This document shows positions 11,734 to 24,842 of a stretch of 64,000 nucleotides of DNA, one piece after another. Location: assembly GCF_006345805.1 (NCBI RefSeq), contig NC_043012.1, positions 992,001 through 1,056,000 on the forward strand, read 5' to 3'. The position numbers and the translations under genes are program-made. Under the pieces are notes generated by a model that was not told the origin of the DNA, ran no database searches, and saw only the letters and a list, made by a program, of their open reading frames with translations. The DNA comes from Octopus sinensis (Eukaryota). How positions within the stretch are numbered: the stretch's first letter is position 1; the number at the start of each line of letters is the position of its first letter.

Positions 11734-11765
<32 letters not shown>
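11272..11765 (+). mobile_element. Old SINE with family-A head and family-B (RTE-type) tail
   Basis: A-like head to GGAAACTGACAGAAACC, distinct middle, then GGTTGGCGACAGGATGGGCATC and GATGTTAAAC with (GAT)n. Confidence 0.7.
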
Positions 11766-12167
11766 CAGTGATACACACACACACAGAGTCACCATAGCTG
11801 AAAATAATGAGCACTGATTATATACATAATATTACCCTAACTTTGAATGAGCTTTAATTCAAAGCATAACATCGATAATTAAAGTATATTTAATATCCAG
11901 TATTACAAATATATTAAAAACAAACTTTACATAAATCTATGTCCATATTGCAAGGCAGGGAACTAATATTTAAGAAAAATAAACTAGTAATAGAACTCAA
12001 CACTATCACATGTTTTGAAGTATAATTTATTTGGCCTCTACATTAATTTCTATATACTTTTTATTTTATCTCTATATACAGTGTAGAGTTTACATATATC
12101 TTATAGCATATACAATTTATATTTCTGTATAGAAAAATCACACAAATAAATTGTGATGGTTCAAGCA

Positions 12168-12224
12168 TATCATCATCATCATCATCATCATCACCATCAT
12201 GATTATTATTACTATTATTATTAC

Positions 12225-12278
<54 letters not shown>

Positions 12279-12298
12279 TATTATTATTATTATTATTA

Positions 12299-12332
<34 letters not shown>

Positions 12333-12355
12333 CATCATTATTATTATTATTATCC
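12168..12355. repeat. (CAT)n/(ATT)n microsatellite
   Basis: Direct reading. Confidence 0.95.
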
Positions 12356-12583
12356 TTATATCCAATTACATGTTGCCCTTTGAAACTAAGTTCCAGCTCT
12401 GCTTTACATGTGTGTAATGAAAAAGGGGCTTACACACATTCACTTACCTCTATCTACATGCACAAGTGCATACACAAACCCATCTAAGTGGATAGATGCA
12501 CAAATACACAGAGACTTGTGCACCCACTTAACTTTCACTTTCACTTTCGCTTTCCCTGACTTCCTTTCTCTCTTCTCTTTCCT

Positions 12584-12615
<32 letters not shown>

Positions 12616-13419
12616 ATCCATCTGTCTCACTATCTAGAGATGTATATATCCATATGCATGTAAATACATATACATACAGACAGTTAGATAGATAGTAGAT
12701 ATATAGAAAGTTATTAATTGTTGAATCCTATAAAATTGACCTCTTGCTGTTTATGTGTGTGTTTGTGTGCATGTGTGTGTGTTTGTGTGCATGTGTGTGT
12801 GTTTGTAAATTTACATTAAAAAAGCAAAAAGAAGAAAATGCATTGAAAACTTTATCGTGGAATAGAAATGAGAAAGGATTTACGTTTTTTTTTTTCATCT
12901 AAATAAACTGCAACCGGTTTCAGTCACTTTAAAAAGACATTTAGTCATTCTGAAATAAAAGGAAAATTTAATTGAAATAAGCAATAATACATCTCTGAGT
13001 GAGATGAATTCTCTTCACAAATACTGATGGGACACAGACAGTGTGTCGTTAGCCAGCTGGAGGAGATATCTTCTTGGGGCTACAAACATCAATAGCATTG
13101 TCCCATATGGGTCAGCCACATTTAGGTGGCAAATATGATTCATGTTAACTGAAATAAATTATATTAAAATAATCCTACATAATATTTGTTCTGGAAGTTC
13201 TAATGTTCTTATAAAAATCCCACAGTGCTGTTTTATTTCCTTCTGATTATTACTAGATTGTAGTTAGCAGCAGTAGTTGCTGGTTGTTAGTGAAAGGAGC
13301 AGCAAGTTGGGCTGTTAGCAGCAGCAGTAGCAGTCATCGATCTAACTAGTAGCAGTCATTGTGGTGACTGTAGCAAAGGTAGCAGCAGTGATGGTGGTAG
13401 TTGCTATCGTTTTTCCTGC

Positions 13420-14310
13420 CACAAGTATTCAAATGTGGTTGGAATTTGGTTATGAAGAATGTTTCTTTGTAGATGTTTCTCTGATAAGTTATGTGATTGC
13501 TAAATCGATATAAAGGGAAAATATTAGAGTTCAGTTGTTTCTTACCCACACATGTGTCTGTATGTCCACTGTGTCTTATTTGTCTATATTCCTGTATTTT
13601 AATTTGTAATCTATGCAGAGTAATTTGATGTGATAAGGAATTTCTGGTTTGGCCGATATAGTGTTCTTTGCATCCTGAGCATGTTATTGCATAGATTAAG
13701 TTTTCCAGGTGCATAGGTGAAGTAATTTTTCTTTATTGTAACAAGCTGTCTTTGACGTGGATCACTGATCCATCTGTCAGATTAAAAGATATACCACAGC
13801 TGTATGTCTGCAGTTCTTTTCTGTTGATCTTGTTATATCTGTGGGGTGTGAAGTTTTGTCTTTGCTAGTATTTTTTATTGAATTGGGTTGCTTTTTAGTG
13901 GTATGTGTTTGTAGGATTTTGTTCAGCCAGAGATCCTTTCAGTATTAGTGTTTTGTAATTTGATGTTGAAGATTTCATTGTTTGGGGCATTATAGGGGGA
14001 AGATGAATGGTAGAACCACCATTTCTGATCTGTTTCATTATGCTATTTGCCTTGGTTCCTGGAAACTGAAATTCTCAACTCATGGTATTCCATTATTGAT
14101 TAAGAATGGTGAGTAATTCCTATCAAGGTGTGTGTTCTTAAGTTATTTGAGTCTTATATTACAAATGGATGTATTGGATACTGTTGTACAAATACATTTG
14201 GCTAGTTTATAAGGAACATCTATTCTGGTGTGTCTCAGATGGCACAAACTGAATGGAAGTTATTATTTTGCTGTAGGTCTATACTAAATGTCTGTCTCAA
14301 TTTGGTTGTT
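13420..14310 (-). mobile_element. Decayed Penelope-like element: RT C-terminus plus GIY-YIG endonuclease
   Basis: NLIYAITCSGCKEHYIGQTRNSL (GIY-YIG with CxxC); upstream TDI*YRPT...HTRIDVPYKLAKCICTTVS resembles the PLE RT thumb region. Confidence 0.85.
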
Positions 14311-14549
14311 GACATGAAATCGAAATCAAATTCGATGACTGGCATCCGTGCTAATGGAGCGCTAAGAGCACCATCCGAGTGTGATCATTGCCGGTTTGCA
14401 TCCCAACCACATGGTTCTGGGTTCAGTCCCATTGCAGGGCACTTTGGGCAAGTGTTTTCTACTACAGCCTCAAGAGAAAGGGGCAATCAAGCCTTACAAA
14501 ATAGTAGTCATACTGAATTTTGTCAACCCTGTGCCAGCATGAAAAGGTT

Positions 14550-14693
14550 GATGATGATTACAATAATGGTGATAATGATGAGGAGGAGGAGGAGGATGAT
14601 GGTGATGATGATGAAGATAATGATGATGTTCATGATGGTGATGGTGATGGTGCTGATGAAGATGATGATGAAGATGATGATGATGATGATGAC

Positions 14694-14730
<37 letters not shown>

Positions 14731-14905
14731 TTGATGGTAATGATGATGATGATGATGATGTCGATGCCGATGACAATGTTGATGATGATAATAATGGCGA
14801 CGATGACGACGACGATGATGATGACGATGATGCTGACAAGAAGGATGATGATGATGACAGCAGCAATAACGATGACGACGATGTCGACAACGAAGATGAT
14901 GAAGC
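14550..14905. repeat. (GAT)n/(GAC)n degenerate microsatellite grown from a family-B-type tail
   Basis: Follows CCCTGTGCCAGCATGAAAAGG tail motif. Confidence 0.85.
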
Positions 14906-14971
14906 TATTATCTTGAGTAAACACAGACAGAATATCATTACAACGCTTTGCTTTTTGTTTCCCGTCGGAAG

Positions 14972-15062
14972 GCCTGTTGTATACAATAGTACAGACCACA
15001 CCCTCGCTATGCGTAATAACTCATCGGATCCACAGAGGACAAGACTGGAAAGCTATTTATAA
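14972..15062 (+). CDS. Candidate terminal coding exon of an unidentified host gene
   Basis: Pyrimidine tract TTTGCTTTTTGTTTCCC then AG at 14970-14971; open PVVYNSTDHTLAMRNNSSDPQRTRLESYL*; non-repetitive; no upstream exon found. Confidence 0.3.
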
Positions 15063-15837
15063 CATTAATGAGATTTCAAAAGATTAAGAAACAGTAAAAA
15101 CAAGAACAGAAAATAAATACAGAAATATAAAAAAAAAAAAAGACCAAAAACGCTGAGAATAGAACATAGAACAGACCTTAAACAGTAATAAATATTGCCC
15201 TTGTTTTATACATGCACATCACTGACCAGATCAATGTGATAATCGTATTGACTATTGATCAGTAATGTCTAAACAACAGGATGAATTGAGCTTCTGAAAA
15301 ATTATCTGTATACTAATACCCTTGTCTTAGACAGAAGAGATTCTAAAAATAAAACCATTTTCGCAAATTTTTGCGATAAACATCGGTTTGTTTATGACAT
15401 ATACTGAATATCTGAGAACAGTAAGTTTGGTAAAAATGGTAGAATGTCAAACTGAAGGATGTTCTGAATTTAGTTTTAACCTTTTACATTCCAAGATCAC
15501 ATCACGCTAAGTCCAGTATTGCTGCTATTGTTGTTGTTGTTGTTGTTGTCGTTATTGTCATCAATTACCATTTAACTTCGAATCATCTTTAATCTAACAG
15601 ACCTATAATGGCTCTGCAATAGGAAGTTTGCTTTTCCAGCCGCATGGTTCTGAGTTCAATCTCACTGTGCAGTTGGCTTCTACTATAGCCCCACTAAGCC
15701 AGTTAAAATCTTGTGTGTGTATTTGATTGAAGGAAACTGAAAGAAGCCCAACACACATAAACATAATATATATTTACATTCAAACATGGAATAGAAGCAT
15801 ATGTATGTGGTTGATAATGTTTATATATATATATATA

Positions 15838-16088
15838 TCATCATCATCATCATTATGCTGGTATGGGTTGGGTGGTTTAACTGAGGACTGGCAAGCCAGG
15901 AGGCTGCACCAGGCTCCAATCTGATCTGGCAAGATTTCTGCAGCCGGATTCCTTTCCTAATGCCAATTACTCCAAGAGTGTAGTGGGTGCTTTTACGTGC
16001 CACTGGCATGGGAGCTAGTCAAGCAACACTAGCATTGACTATGCTAAAATAGTGCTTTTTATGTGCCACCAGCACAGGAGCCAGTCAA
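15838..16088 (-). mobile_element. Family B (RTE 3' tail) copy
   Basis: (CAT)n, GGCTGCACCAGGCTCCAATCTGATCTGGC, GGTGCTTTTACGTGCCAC. Confidence 0.85.
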
Positions 16089-16119
16089 ACATGAAAAGAA
16101 CATCATATATGCTTCTTGT

Positions 16120-16461
16120 CTGCAAATAACTTGACCGTTCCTGCTCGGTATTTTACACAATGGTAATTCATGCTTTCATTAAAAACAAACACCAAATCAT
16201 CAAGATATGATATCACCAGGAATAAAAAATTTGGAGGGGAGAATAGGACATATAACCCTTTACTAAACCTCCAAATCCTACTGCTATGGATGCCAAAGTA
16301 TGGTCATGCTTGAGCAGTTTGTATCAACCCAACATATGTAGATCCACTCACCAGAGGCACTGGCTGTTTTCCTGAAGACTTCCTTGAACAACTGCAGGAC
16401 CAGAATGGATGTCTGTGTGGGGATTAAAACTGTCTGAGCAAGTTCAGCCAGATGATGATGA
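16120..16461 (+). mobile_element. Possible decayed RTE/RTEX C-terminal fragment
   Basis: LLWMPKYGH..TYVDPLTRGTG..EDFLEQLQDQNG resembles RTE-group C-termini; ends in GATGATGATGA. Confidence 0.4.
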
Positions 16462-16712
16462 ACACTTATGGGAGGCTGAGTTGAAGACAGGGAAGAAAAA
16501 AATCTTCTAACCGGAGACCTGTCCCAAATGCCTGCAAAACTATGGATTCTTCTAAAGGCACCCAAGGACCAGTCAGTAGTTGTAAACCAAGAAATAGATT
16601 AAGTCGCTTTTGTTCCTTAGATTTCAGATTAGGTTTGTCTTAAGTCCAAAGTCTCATAAGGATAGAGCTGAACTTTGTTTCCATAGTGTATAAGTAATTG
16701 AGTTTACAACAT

Positions 16713-17048
16713 ACCTTGGGCAAGTGTCTTCTACTATAGCCATGGGCCGACCAAAGCCTTGTGAGTGGATTTGGTAGACGGAAACTGAAAGAAGCCCGTC
16801 GTATATATGTATATATATATATATGTATGTGTGTGTGTTTGTGTGTCTGTGTTTGTCCCCCTAGCATTGCTTGACAACCAATGCTGGTGTGTTTATGTCC
16901 CCGTCACTTAGCGGTTTGGCAAAAGAGACCGATAGAATAAGTACTGGGCTTACAAAGAATAAGTCCCAGGATCAAGTTGCTTGATTAAAGGCGGTGCTCC
17001 AGCATGGCCGCAGTCAAATGACTGAAACAAGTAAAAGAAAAAAAAGAA
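16713..17048 (+). mobile_element. SINE family A, 5'-truncated
   Basis: Starts at CCTTGGGCAAGTGTCTT, ends GACTGAAACAAGTAAAAG. Confidence 0.9.
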
Positions 17049-17679
17049 TACCCACCTGATTGAGATGCCAGTCCCTCACAGGGTTAACTTCCCCGCTATT
17101 GGTGGAGCTCTTTAAGCTGAGTGGACTAAAGCAGCAAGAAATGACGTGTTTTGGCTCAAGTATATGACATACCACATGATCTTATAATCATGGGTGTTAG
17201 CACAAGGCCATGCAAATCTTAAAATCACGAACTTCATTGAGGTCTCTCAAAAGAGAATTCTCTCAATTCAAAATTTGTTGAGTTCTGAAACTGAAATAAC
17301 ACCAGACTGATAGTGATCTTGCCAATTTTATCAAATTCTTAGTGCTACAGTAGAATGTTTTTGGTCAGCAACAACAAGTAACAACGATGACAACAACATT
17401 ATTATGAAGAAGAAAGTGGCAACCGAACAGCATTTTTCTTTATCGGTGAATGAATACAAAGAGAAATATTGATTCCATTCTATTATCCAAGAGTCTTTTA
17501 ATATGTTCTAAAAATATTGCAGCAAACCATGAATTTACAATGTGAACTTCGCTTTTGATTGAAAATTAATTAACCATAAATTTCTAATTTTTCTTTCTTT
17601 AAAAGACGAAAAAAAAAATAAATAGAAAATTAAGGAAATAGAGATAGAATACAAAAACAAAGCAAAATTTATGTTGCAG

Positions 17680-18160
17680 TCGATGACAGTGGTGATGGTG
17701 GTGGAGGTGCGGATGGCAGTAGCGATGGTTCTGGTGGTGGCGAAAGTGGTAGCAACAGTGATGGTTTTGGTGGTAGTGTTGGTGGCAGTGCAGGTGGTGG
17801 TGGTGGTAGAGGTGGTGCAAGCAGTGGCAACATTGATGGTTTTGGTGGTGGTGGTGGTGATGGTGGTGGAGGTGGTGGTGGTTGTGGTTGTGGTGGTGGT
17901 GGTGATGATATATGTTATTGCTGCTGCACTTGAAACTGTAATGATAGTATTTGGATGGTTTGTTGGTGGCGTAGCTTTTAGCCAATGGTAATATGTCAGA
18001 GGGTGGTCGGTCATGAATGGAGTGGTGGTAGTGTAAATGATAGTAGACGGTGGTATGTCATTAGAGTTCTAACAAAAAAAAATTGAAGCACATTTTTAGA
18101 TGATGGCCCAGTGGTGATGGTGGTGGTGGTGGTGGTGGTGATGGTAGTGGTGGTGGTGGG
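17680..18160. repeat. Degenerate (GGT)n low-complexity tract
   Basis: Direct reading. Confidence 0.85.
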
Positions 18161-18336
18161 AGCACAGCACAAAAACAGAACACTAGACAAACATGACATG
18201 TGGGTGGATATAAGAGAAAAAGTGTCTTTTTATAAACATAAAAGCTGATCATTTATGATTAATTGTGTGTGTGTGAATTAGAGTTGTCTAGGGTAAGACT
18301 AGCCAGATATAAACATACATATTCATTTATACATTA

Positions 18337-18842
18337 CTAGCAGTATCGCCCGGCGTTGCTCGGGTTTGTAAGGGAAATAACTATATAAGCATTTTTAGAG
18401 AGTTACTTCCCTTATAAATTCGGGCTTTCTTAGACATTTCTGTTTTGGTGTCTTCAAGCCATGAAGTCGTTGTTCTAAAAGAACGCTGGTTTCCTTCACA
18501 ACGCATTACGACGTTGATTTCTTTACACTCCCTTCCCCACAGCTTCACGAGGGAGGGAAGGGGGAGAAGCAAACAGGTGCTGCTGTGAGCGTGGACGCCA
18601 ACTCCGCCGCCATCGACACACGATGCATTTTATGCATTAAAATGGAATAAAAAATTATGTTAAATTATTTTAAAAATCGTAGACTCATCGTTGACGCGCG
18701 CTAATAGTCAGACGGGCTCGATATGAATCACGACTATAAGATACCCGAATTTGGTTAAACTGCACCGCAAAATGTGGGAGGAGTTAGGAATCTAAATCGA
18801 AGGGGACAGACACTCACACAACTAGAGTTTTATATATATAGA
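18337..18842 (-). mobile_element. Non-autonomous Helitron (~506 bp)
   Basis: Minus strand begins A|TCTATATATATAAAA and ends with hairpin CCCGAGCAACGCCGGG, short spacer, CTAG|T; no TSD. Confidence 0.82.
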
Positions 18843-18907
18843 TATATACACACTTACAGACATATATATATATATATATATACATATATATATGTATGTA
18901 TATACTT

Positions 18908-19315
18908 TTTCTCTTTTAATTGCTTCAGTCATTTGACTGTGGCCATGTTGGAGCACCGCCTTTAGTCGAGCAAGTCATCCCCAGGACTCATTCTTTGTAA
19001 GCCCAGTACTTATTCTATCGGTCTCTTTTGCCGAACTGTTAAGCTATGGGGACATAAACACACCAGTATCAGTTGTCAAGCGATGTTGTGGGGGGGGGGA
19101 CAAACACTGACACACAAACATATACACACACATACATATATACATATATACGACAGGCTTCTTTCAGTTTCCGTCTACCAAATCCAATCACAAGGCATTG
19201 GTCGGCCTGGGGCTATAGCAGAAGAAACTTGCCCAAGATGCCACGAAGTGGGACTGAACCCAGAACCATGTGGTTGGTAAGCAAGCTACTTACCACACAG
19301 CCACTCCTGCACCTA
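18908..19315 (-). mobile_element. SINE family A, full length
   Basis: Colinear with 3991-4400. Confidence 0.9.
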
Positions 19316-19332
19316 TATATATATATATATAT

Positions 19333-19606
19333 ATAGTAATATCTCACTTTATGAGAACTCGCTTTACAAAACACCAGGTTTATGAGTTTTAATTTATAAT
19401 GAATGCAAATTTTGTAGCCATTTTGTGTGTGTGACAACAATGCAACATGTGGCAATGTTGGTTCTGATGTGTCGACACAGGGGCGGAGTAAAATGACGCC
19501 ATAAAATTTCATTGCTACTAGGGGAAATTACTGCTCTGCTTTACGAGTTTTCGCTTTATGTGCGGTCTCTGGGAATAAATTAACCCATATATCAAGGCAC
19601 TACCAT
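19333..19606. mobile_element. Possible degraded pogo/Tigger-like MITE
   Basis: Weak terminal inverted similarity (TAGTAATATCTCAC / TCAAGGCACTACCA), repeated CGCTTTA subterminal motifs, TA-rich flanks. Confidence 0.3.
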
Positions 19607-19655
19607 GCATGTATATGTATATGTGTATATGTGTATATATACATATATCTATTTA

Positions 19656-19735
<80 letters not shown>

Positions 19736-20689
19736 TATATGTACATATATATGTGTATATATGTATGTATATATGTATATGTGTGTGTGAGTGTGTGTGT
19801 ATATATATATATATGTGCACACACACACACACACATACATATGAATAGATAGATATAGAGGCAGACAGAAAGATGTATGTAAGTATATATATGTGTGTGT
19901 GTATATGTTTAATTTAATCAGTTGACCAGAAAAATCAACAATTCAAACAAACTCAATATTTGAAAGAGAGTGTTTGGGATTTTTTCCCCCCATTAATTTG
20001 CTTACAGCACACAGATTGTTTTAGCAAATCAGAATTCTCTTCAGAGAAATGCATAAATATTTTAATCACTCAACAGATAAACAGAAGGTAAATGGAAACT
20101 CACTATGATGTGAGTAGATAATAGATGAAATCTGGGAATGAACTCCTCATCATGAAAGTGTTTTGGCCCATTGGCTCTTAACACATTAAGGGAACCAGGT
20201 ACTAGATCAGGAAGCATATGAATCCTTATGTTTTTGAAATACCACCTTTAGTGGAGATTGAACTCAGAACCTTTCGGTGATCGAATTTCCCTGTAATGGG
20301 TTGTATATCACTCGGCTACAAAAACTAAACTGCGGATCTATTTCAGGCAGTCCACAAGTGAAACTCAGTCGTGGATGTTGACTGTTCTAAGATAAATCTA
20401 CAGTTTTTTGCATCTACTAAGTTTTCTCTCACTTCACTATCTTCAACTAAGGAAGGCTAACGAATCAGAAATGCATCTGGGTGTCTGTTAGAGGAAGACA
20501 TGGAGCATATATAGTGTTTTTATACCTTTTACAATAAGCAGGAATTTTTTTCTATAGTAACAGCAGTTAATTTGCTTTTGTGTCACAAACACATTTAAAC
20601 TAAACTAAAGTTCATACACAACACACACACACACACACACACTTATTCATTTCAAAAATATGCTTGTCAGGTAATTGAATTGATCTAGG

Positions 20690-21190
20690 CTTCTTCTTCT
20701 TCTTCTTCTTCCATTCAGGACTCACACTATTAGCCACAAAGAATAATCTCTAATTCGAGTCTACTCTAAGCTACTAAGAATGCGTGTGGCAACTTGAAGA
20801 TCCACCCTCCACACACGATAGACTGGCGGTTGCACGGGTGCGAAAGCTACGTTGTTATCCTCATTCCATAAACTGTGGCTTTTTAATGGGTGGAGAGCTG
20901 AACCATCCTGGGGTACAGAGGATTCGCAATCTAGACTAGGGTCTGAAAGTTTACCACACCATAATGGGTTACACCATGGTTCCTCTACTTTGTGGCAGAA
21001 GTAGGAAGAATGAGTAAGAGAAAGTTGTGGTGAGAGAGTACAGCGGGGTTCACCCCCACCTCCCACCGGAGCCACGTTGAGCTTAGGTGTTTTTGCCCAA
21101 TAAACACTCACAATGCCCGGTCTGGGAATCGAAACCGCGTTCTTACGACCGCGAGTCCGCTGCCCTAACCACTGGGCTATTGCACCTCTA
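20690..21190 (-). mobile_element. SINE family D head with unique body and (GAA)n tail
   Basis: tRNA-like head (GCCCAGTGGTTAGGGCAGCGG...GGTTTCGATTCCC) at 21190-21007, ~290-bp body, (CTT)n at 20690-20712. Confidence 0.75.
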
Positions 21191-21246
21191 CTGTTGTTGT
21201 TGCTGTTGTTGCTGTTAATAAGGTTTGATTAGTTTTGTCAATTAGT

Positions 21247-21584
21247 GAAGGCGCATGGCTCAGTGGTTAGAGCATCGAGCTTACGATCGTGAGGTTGTGA
21301 GCTCGAATCCTGGACCGGGCTGCGTGTTGTGTTCTTGAGCAAGGCACTTTATTTCACGTTGCTCCAGTTCACTCAGCTGTAGAAATGAGTTGCGACGTCA
21401 CAGGTGCCAAGCTGTATTGACCTTTGTCTTTCCCTTGGATAACACTGGTGGCATGGAGAGGGGAGGCTGGTATGCATGGGCGACTGCTTGTCTTCCATAA
21501 AAACAACCTTGCCCAGACTTGTGTCTAGGAGGGTAACTTTCTAGGTGCAATCCCATGGTCTGTGTCGTGACCGAAGGGGGTCTC
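21247..21584 (+). mobile_element. tRNA-derived CORE-like SINE family E
   Basis: A box TGGCTCAGTGG, B-box-like GCTCGAATCC, CTTGAGCAAGGCACTT; second copy at 26852. Confidence 0.88.
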
Positions 21585-21659
21585 CGAGTTTTGTTAATTA
21601 TCATTGTCTTTAGTGATAAGCCTAGTTTTCTCTTGATGTCTTCTGTATCTCAGGTAACA

Positions 21660-22125
21660 AGCTGGCAGGATTGCTAGCATGCTGGGAAAATCACTTACTG
21701 GAATTTCATTCATCTCTATGCTCTGAGTTCTAACCCCAGCCAGGTCGACTTTGTCATTTATCTTTTCAGGGGCAATAAAGCAAGTGCTAATTAAACAGGG
21801 ATATTGATGTAATCAATTAAACCCATATGCCAAGTGGGCTGGTCTTGTTTTGAACTTTAAAACCAATATTTTCTAGAAGATAATTTTTAATATTTTCTAT
21901 ATCTAAGGTGGCAACCTAAAAGGATTTTTACCATGCTGAGTCAAATTACTTTTCAGCATTTCGTCCATTTTCAATTTCTGAGTTTAAATTTCAGCAAAGT
22001 GGACTTTGCCATTTATCCCTTCAGGGACAATAAAATAAGTGCTGTTTGAACATTGGGGTCAATATAATTGACTTAACTCCTACTCCAAAACGTCTGGCCT
22101 TCTGCCAAAATTTCAAACCAATATT
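21660..22125 (+). mobile_element. Two tandem degenerate family C SINEs
   Basis: CTGAGTT..GACTTTG..TCAGGG..AATAAA motif occurs twice (21660-21870, 21905-22125). Confidence 0.65.
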
Positions 22126-22287
22126 TTCCATTTCTCTACAGATTTTTTTTTTGTTTTACTTTTATCGACTTTTTTTACCTCATTTTCTCCAAGATATTGT
22201 GATTTTAGTATATTTCTGTCATCCTTGATTTTATTTATTAAACACAAATTAGAAATTTTCAATGATGATGATGATGATGATGATGAT

Positions 22288-23347
22288 AATTAGCCGAAAT
22301 AGAATTAGATGTGCTAGAAACAAACACAGTAAAAGCTACATGTATGAAAATCTGTGCTAAAACTGCTGCCTTGGATATTCTTACTGATAAATAGCAAGAA
22401 AAACCTCTAAATGGCAAATATGCAAAGAGAGCTAATAGAATAGTGCTATTGTTGGCAAAGCCCTTACCCATCAATGGTTAGTGTCTTCTGTCCTAAAATC
22501 AGAAACGGAAGGGTTTATCATAGCAGCCCAAGATCAATGCCTACCTACAAGAAACTACCAGGCCAACATATTAAAGAACAGCAGGTGCCCAACATATCTT
22601 GTATGTCAACAACAAAATGAAACCATTGATCATGTCTCCATGTACAGTCTTCTTGCACCTACAGAGTATCTCAACAGGCATGATAGAGTAGCACAATATA
22701 TTCACTGGGTAATTTGCAAAAACCTGGAATGCCCCATGATCAAAACTGGTGGGAACACAAACCACCTCCAGTACTTGAAAATGATCCCTTATCACTCCTC
22801 TGGAACTTCACCATTCAACCTGACCATAAAATAGTTGCAAATAGGCTAGAGAAAATTTATTGAAAGATTTCAGACAAAAATCATGCCTCCTCATTGATAT
22901 GACTGTCCCAATCGACGTAAATGTATCTGTCAAGACCTACCAAAAACTGAGCAAGTATAAAGATCTTGAAATATAAATTGGCAAAATGTGTAACCTCAAG
23001 ACTAAAACAATACCTGTAGTCATAGATGTCCTAGGAATAATAGTAAAAGGGGCTGATTCCTACCTAGCTCAGATACTAGGAAGCTCCAAAATGGCAGAAA
23101 TTTAAAAGACAGTGCTCATGGGAATTGCCCATATCCCATATCCTAATACTGTCTATGTAATCTCAAATTTTGAAACAAACTCATAATTTTCTTATGTTTT
23201 CTTAAACATTCTCTAGAACAACACTATGTACAAAACCAAATATATGACACTCTAGGCATAACACCAATTTCACATTATAACTTGTGTCTTGACATCTCTG
23301 GGTGAGACTTGGAATCAACTTGTACGAATACAAAGCAAAAGTCAAAC

Positions 23348-23350
<3 letters not shown>
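22288..23350 (+). mobile_element. 5'-truncated R4/Dong-like non-LTR element with restriction-like endonuclease
   Basis: ETEGFIIAAQDQ; eroded CCHC (C..ETIDHV); RHDRVAQYIHW; LLIDMTVP; KLSKYKDL; TIPVVI; followed by (TAA)n 23353-23440. Confidence 0.88.
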
Positions 23351-23422
<72 letters not shown>

Positions 23423-23571
23423 TAATAATAATAATAATAAATTTTGATTTTATATTTGGCATGTCATCAATCAAGTATAAATTTTAATATAGTTATTCTA
23501 TATTGTGATTCTGTTTCAACATTAGCCCTTCTCATTCTCTATATGCCACCTATGATATATATGTTTCTGCA

Positions 23572-23678
<107 letters not shown>

Positions 23679-23739
23679 ATATATAGTATATATATGTATA
23701 TAGGTATATATATATATTTATGTATATATATATACACAC

Positions 23740-23898
23740 ATGGCATTAGGAAGGGCATCCTTGGTGTTAGGAAGGGCATCCAGCTGTAGAAACTCTGCTA
23801 GATCAGATTGGAGCCTGGTGCAGCCATCTGGCTCGCCAGTCCTCAGTCAAACCGCCCAACCCATGCCAGCATGGAAAGCAGACGTTAAATGATGATGA
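23740..23898 (+). mobile_element. Family B tail copy with duplicated TTAGGAAGGGCATCC
   Basis: Motif match and (GAT)n end. Confidence 0.85.
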
Positions 23899-23921
23899 TA
23901 TATATATATACATATGCATAT

Positions 23922-23965
<44 letters not shown>

Positions 23966-23978
23966 CCTATATATATAC

Positions 23979-24011
<33 letters not shown>

Positions 24012-24768
24012 CATACACATATATACATGAGTAAGTAGCAAATAGTAACATCTTCATTATCATTGGACTCATGCATTCATGGAGGATTCATTAGAGAATG
24101 GAATGCAACAGAACTGAGAGAGAGAGCTCCATTATTTGGGTGGTCATTTATTTCTTTACATCCCCCCACCATCCTACCAAAAATGAAAGTTGTAGTCGAC
24201 GTCTCTAGGATTTGAACTCAGAATCCAATGAGACAGAGAAATTATTTGAAGGTTTTAGTCTAACAGTAATTTCAATCTCTTGCACTATATGTATGCATGC
24301 ATATATATATATGTGTAGGTATATGTGTGTGTGTGTGTGTGTGTGTGAAGGTATGTATGTATGTGTGTGCATGTATGTGTATGTATGCGTATGTGCATGT
24401 ATGTATGTATGTATATGTGTGTGTATGTGTGTGTATGTATGTAGATATGTGTAAATGTATGCAAGTGTGTGAATGTATGTATATATGTGTGTGTGTGTTT
24501 GTGTGTGTGTGCATGTATGTATATAGGTGTATGTGTGCATGTGTGTATGATGTATATGTGTGTATGTATGTGTAAGTATGTGTGTGTGCATGTTTGTATG
24601 TATGTGTGTGTATGTATGTTTATATATGTGCAGGTATGTATGTATGTATGTGCTCCAGCATGGCCGCAGTCAAATGACTGAAACAAGTAAAAGAGAAAAG
24701 AAAGAGATACAAAGGGAAAATAAACAAATCAATTTAATTATAAACTGGAAATCTCTGATAGTCATTAC

Positions 24769-24805
<37 letters not shown>

Positions 24806-24842
24806 TAATAATAATAATAATAATATTTATATATTTAGCTCA

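Noticed and set aside
12908-12950. GAAACCGGTT downstream of the Penelope remnant as a hammerhead
   Set aside because: The CUGANGA half is not recognisable; too decayed to call
14520-14905. Poly-Asp / poly-Met / poly-Ser ORFs
   Set aside because: (GAT)n expansion from a retroelement tail; only the unique 3' part is kept as an exon candidate
17535-18014. Thr-rich mucin-like or His-rich ORFs
   Set aside because: Translation of a degenerate (GGT)n tract; no splice or domain support
21247-21325. tRNA-like sequence (also at 26852, 38211, 47903, 59067)
   Set aside because: SINE heads: no proper acceptor stem or terminator, and each continues into a repeat body
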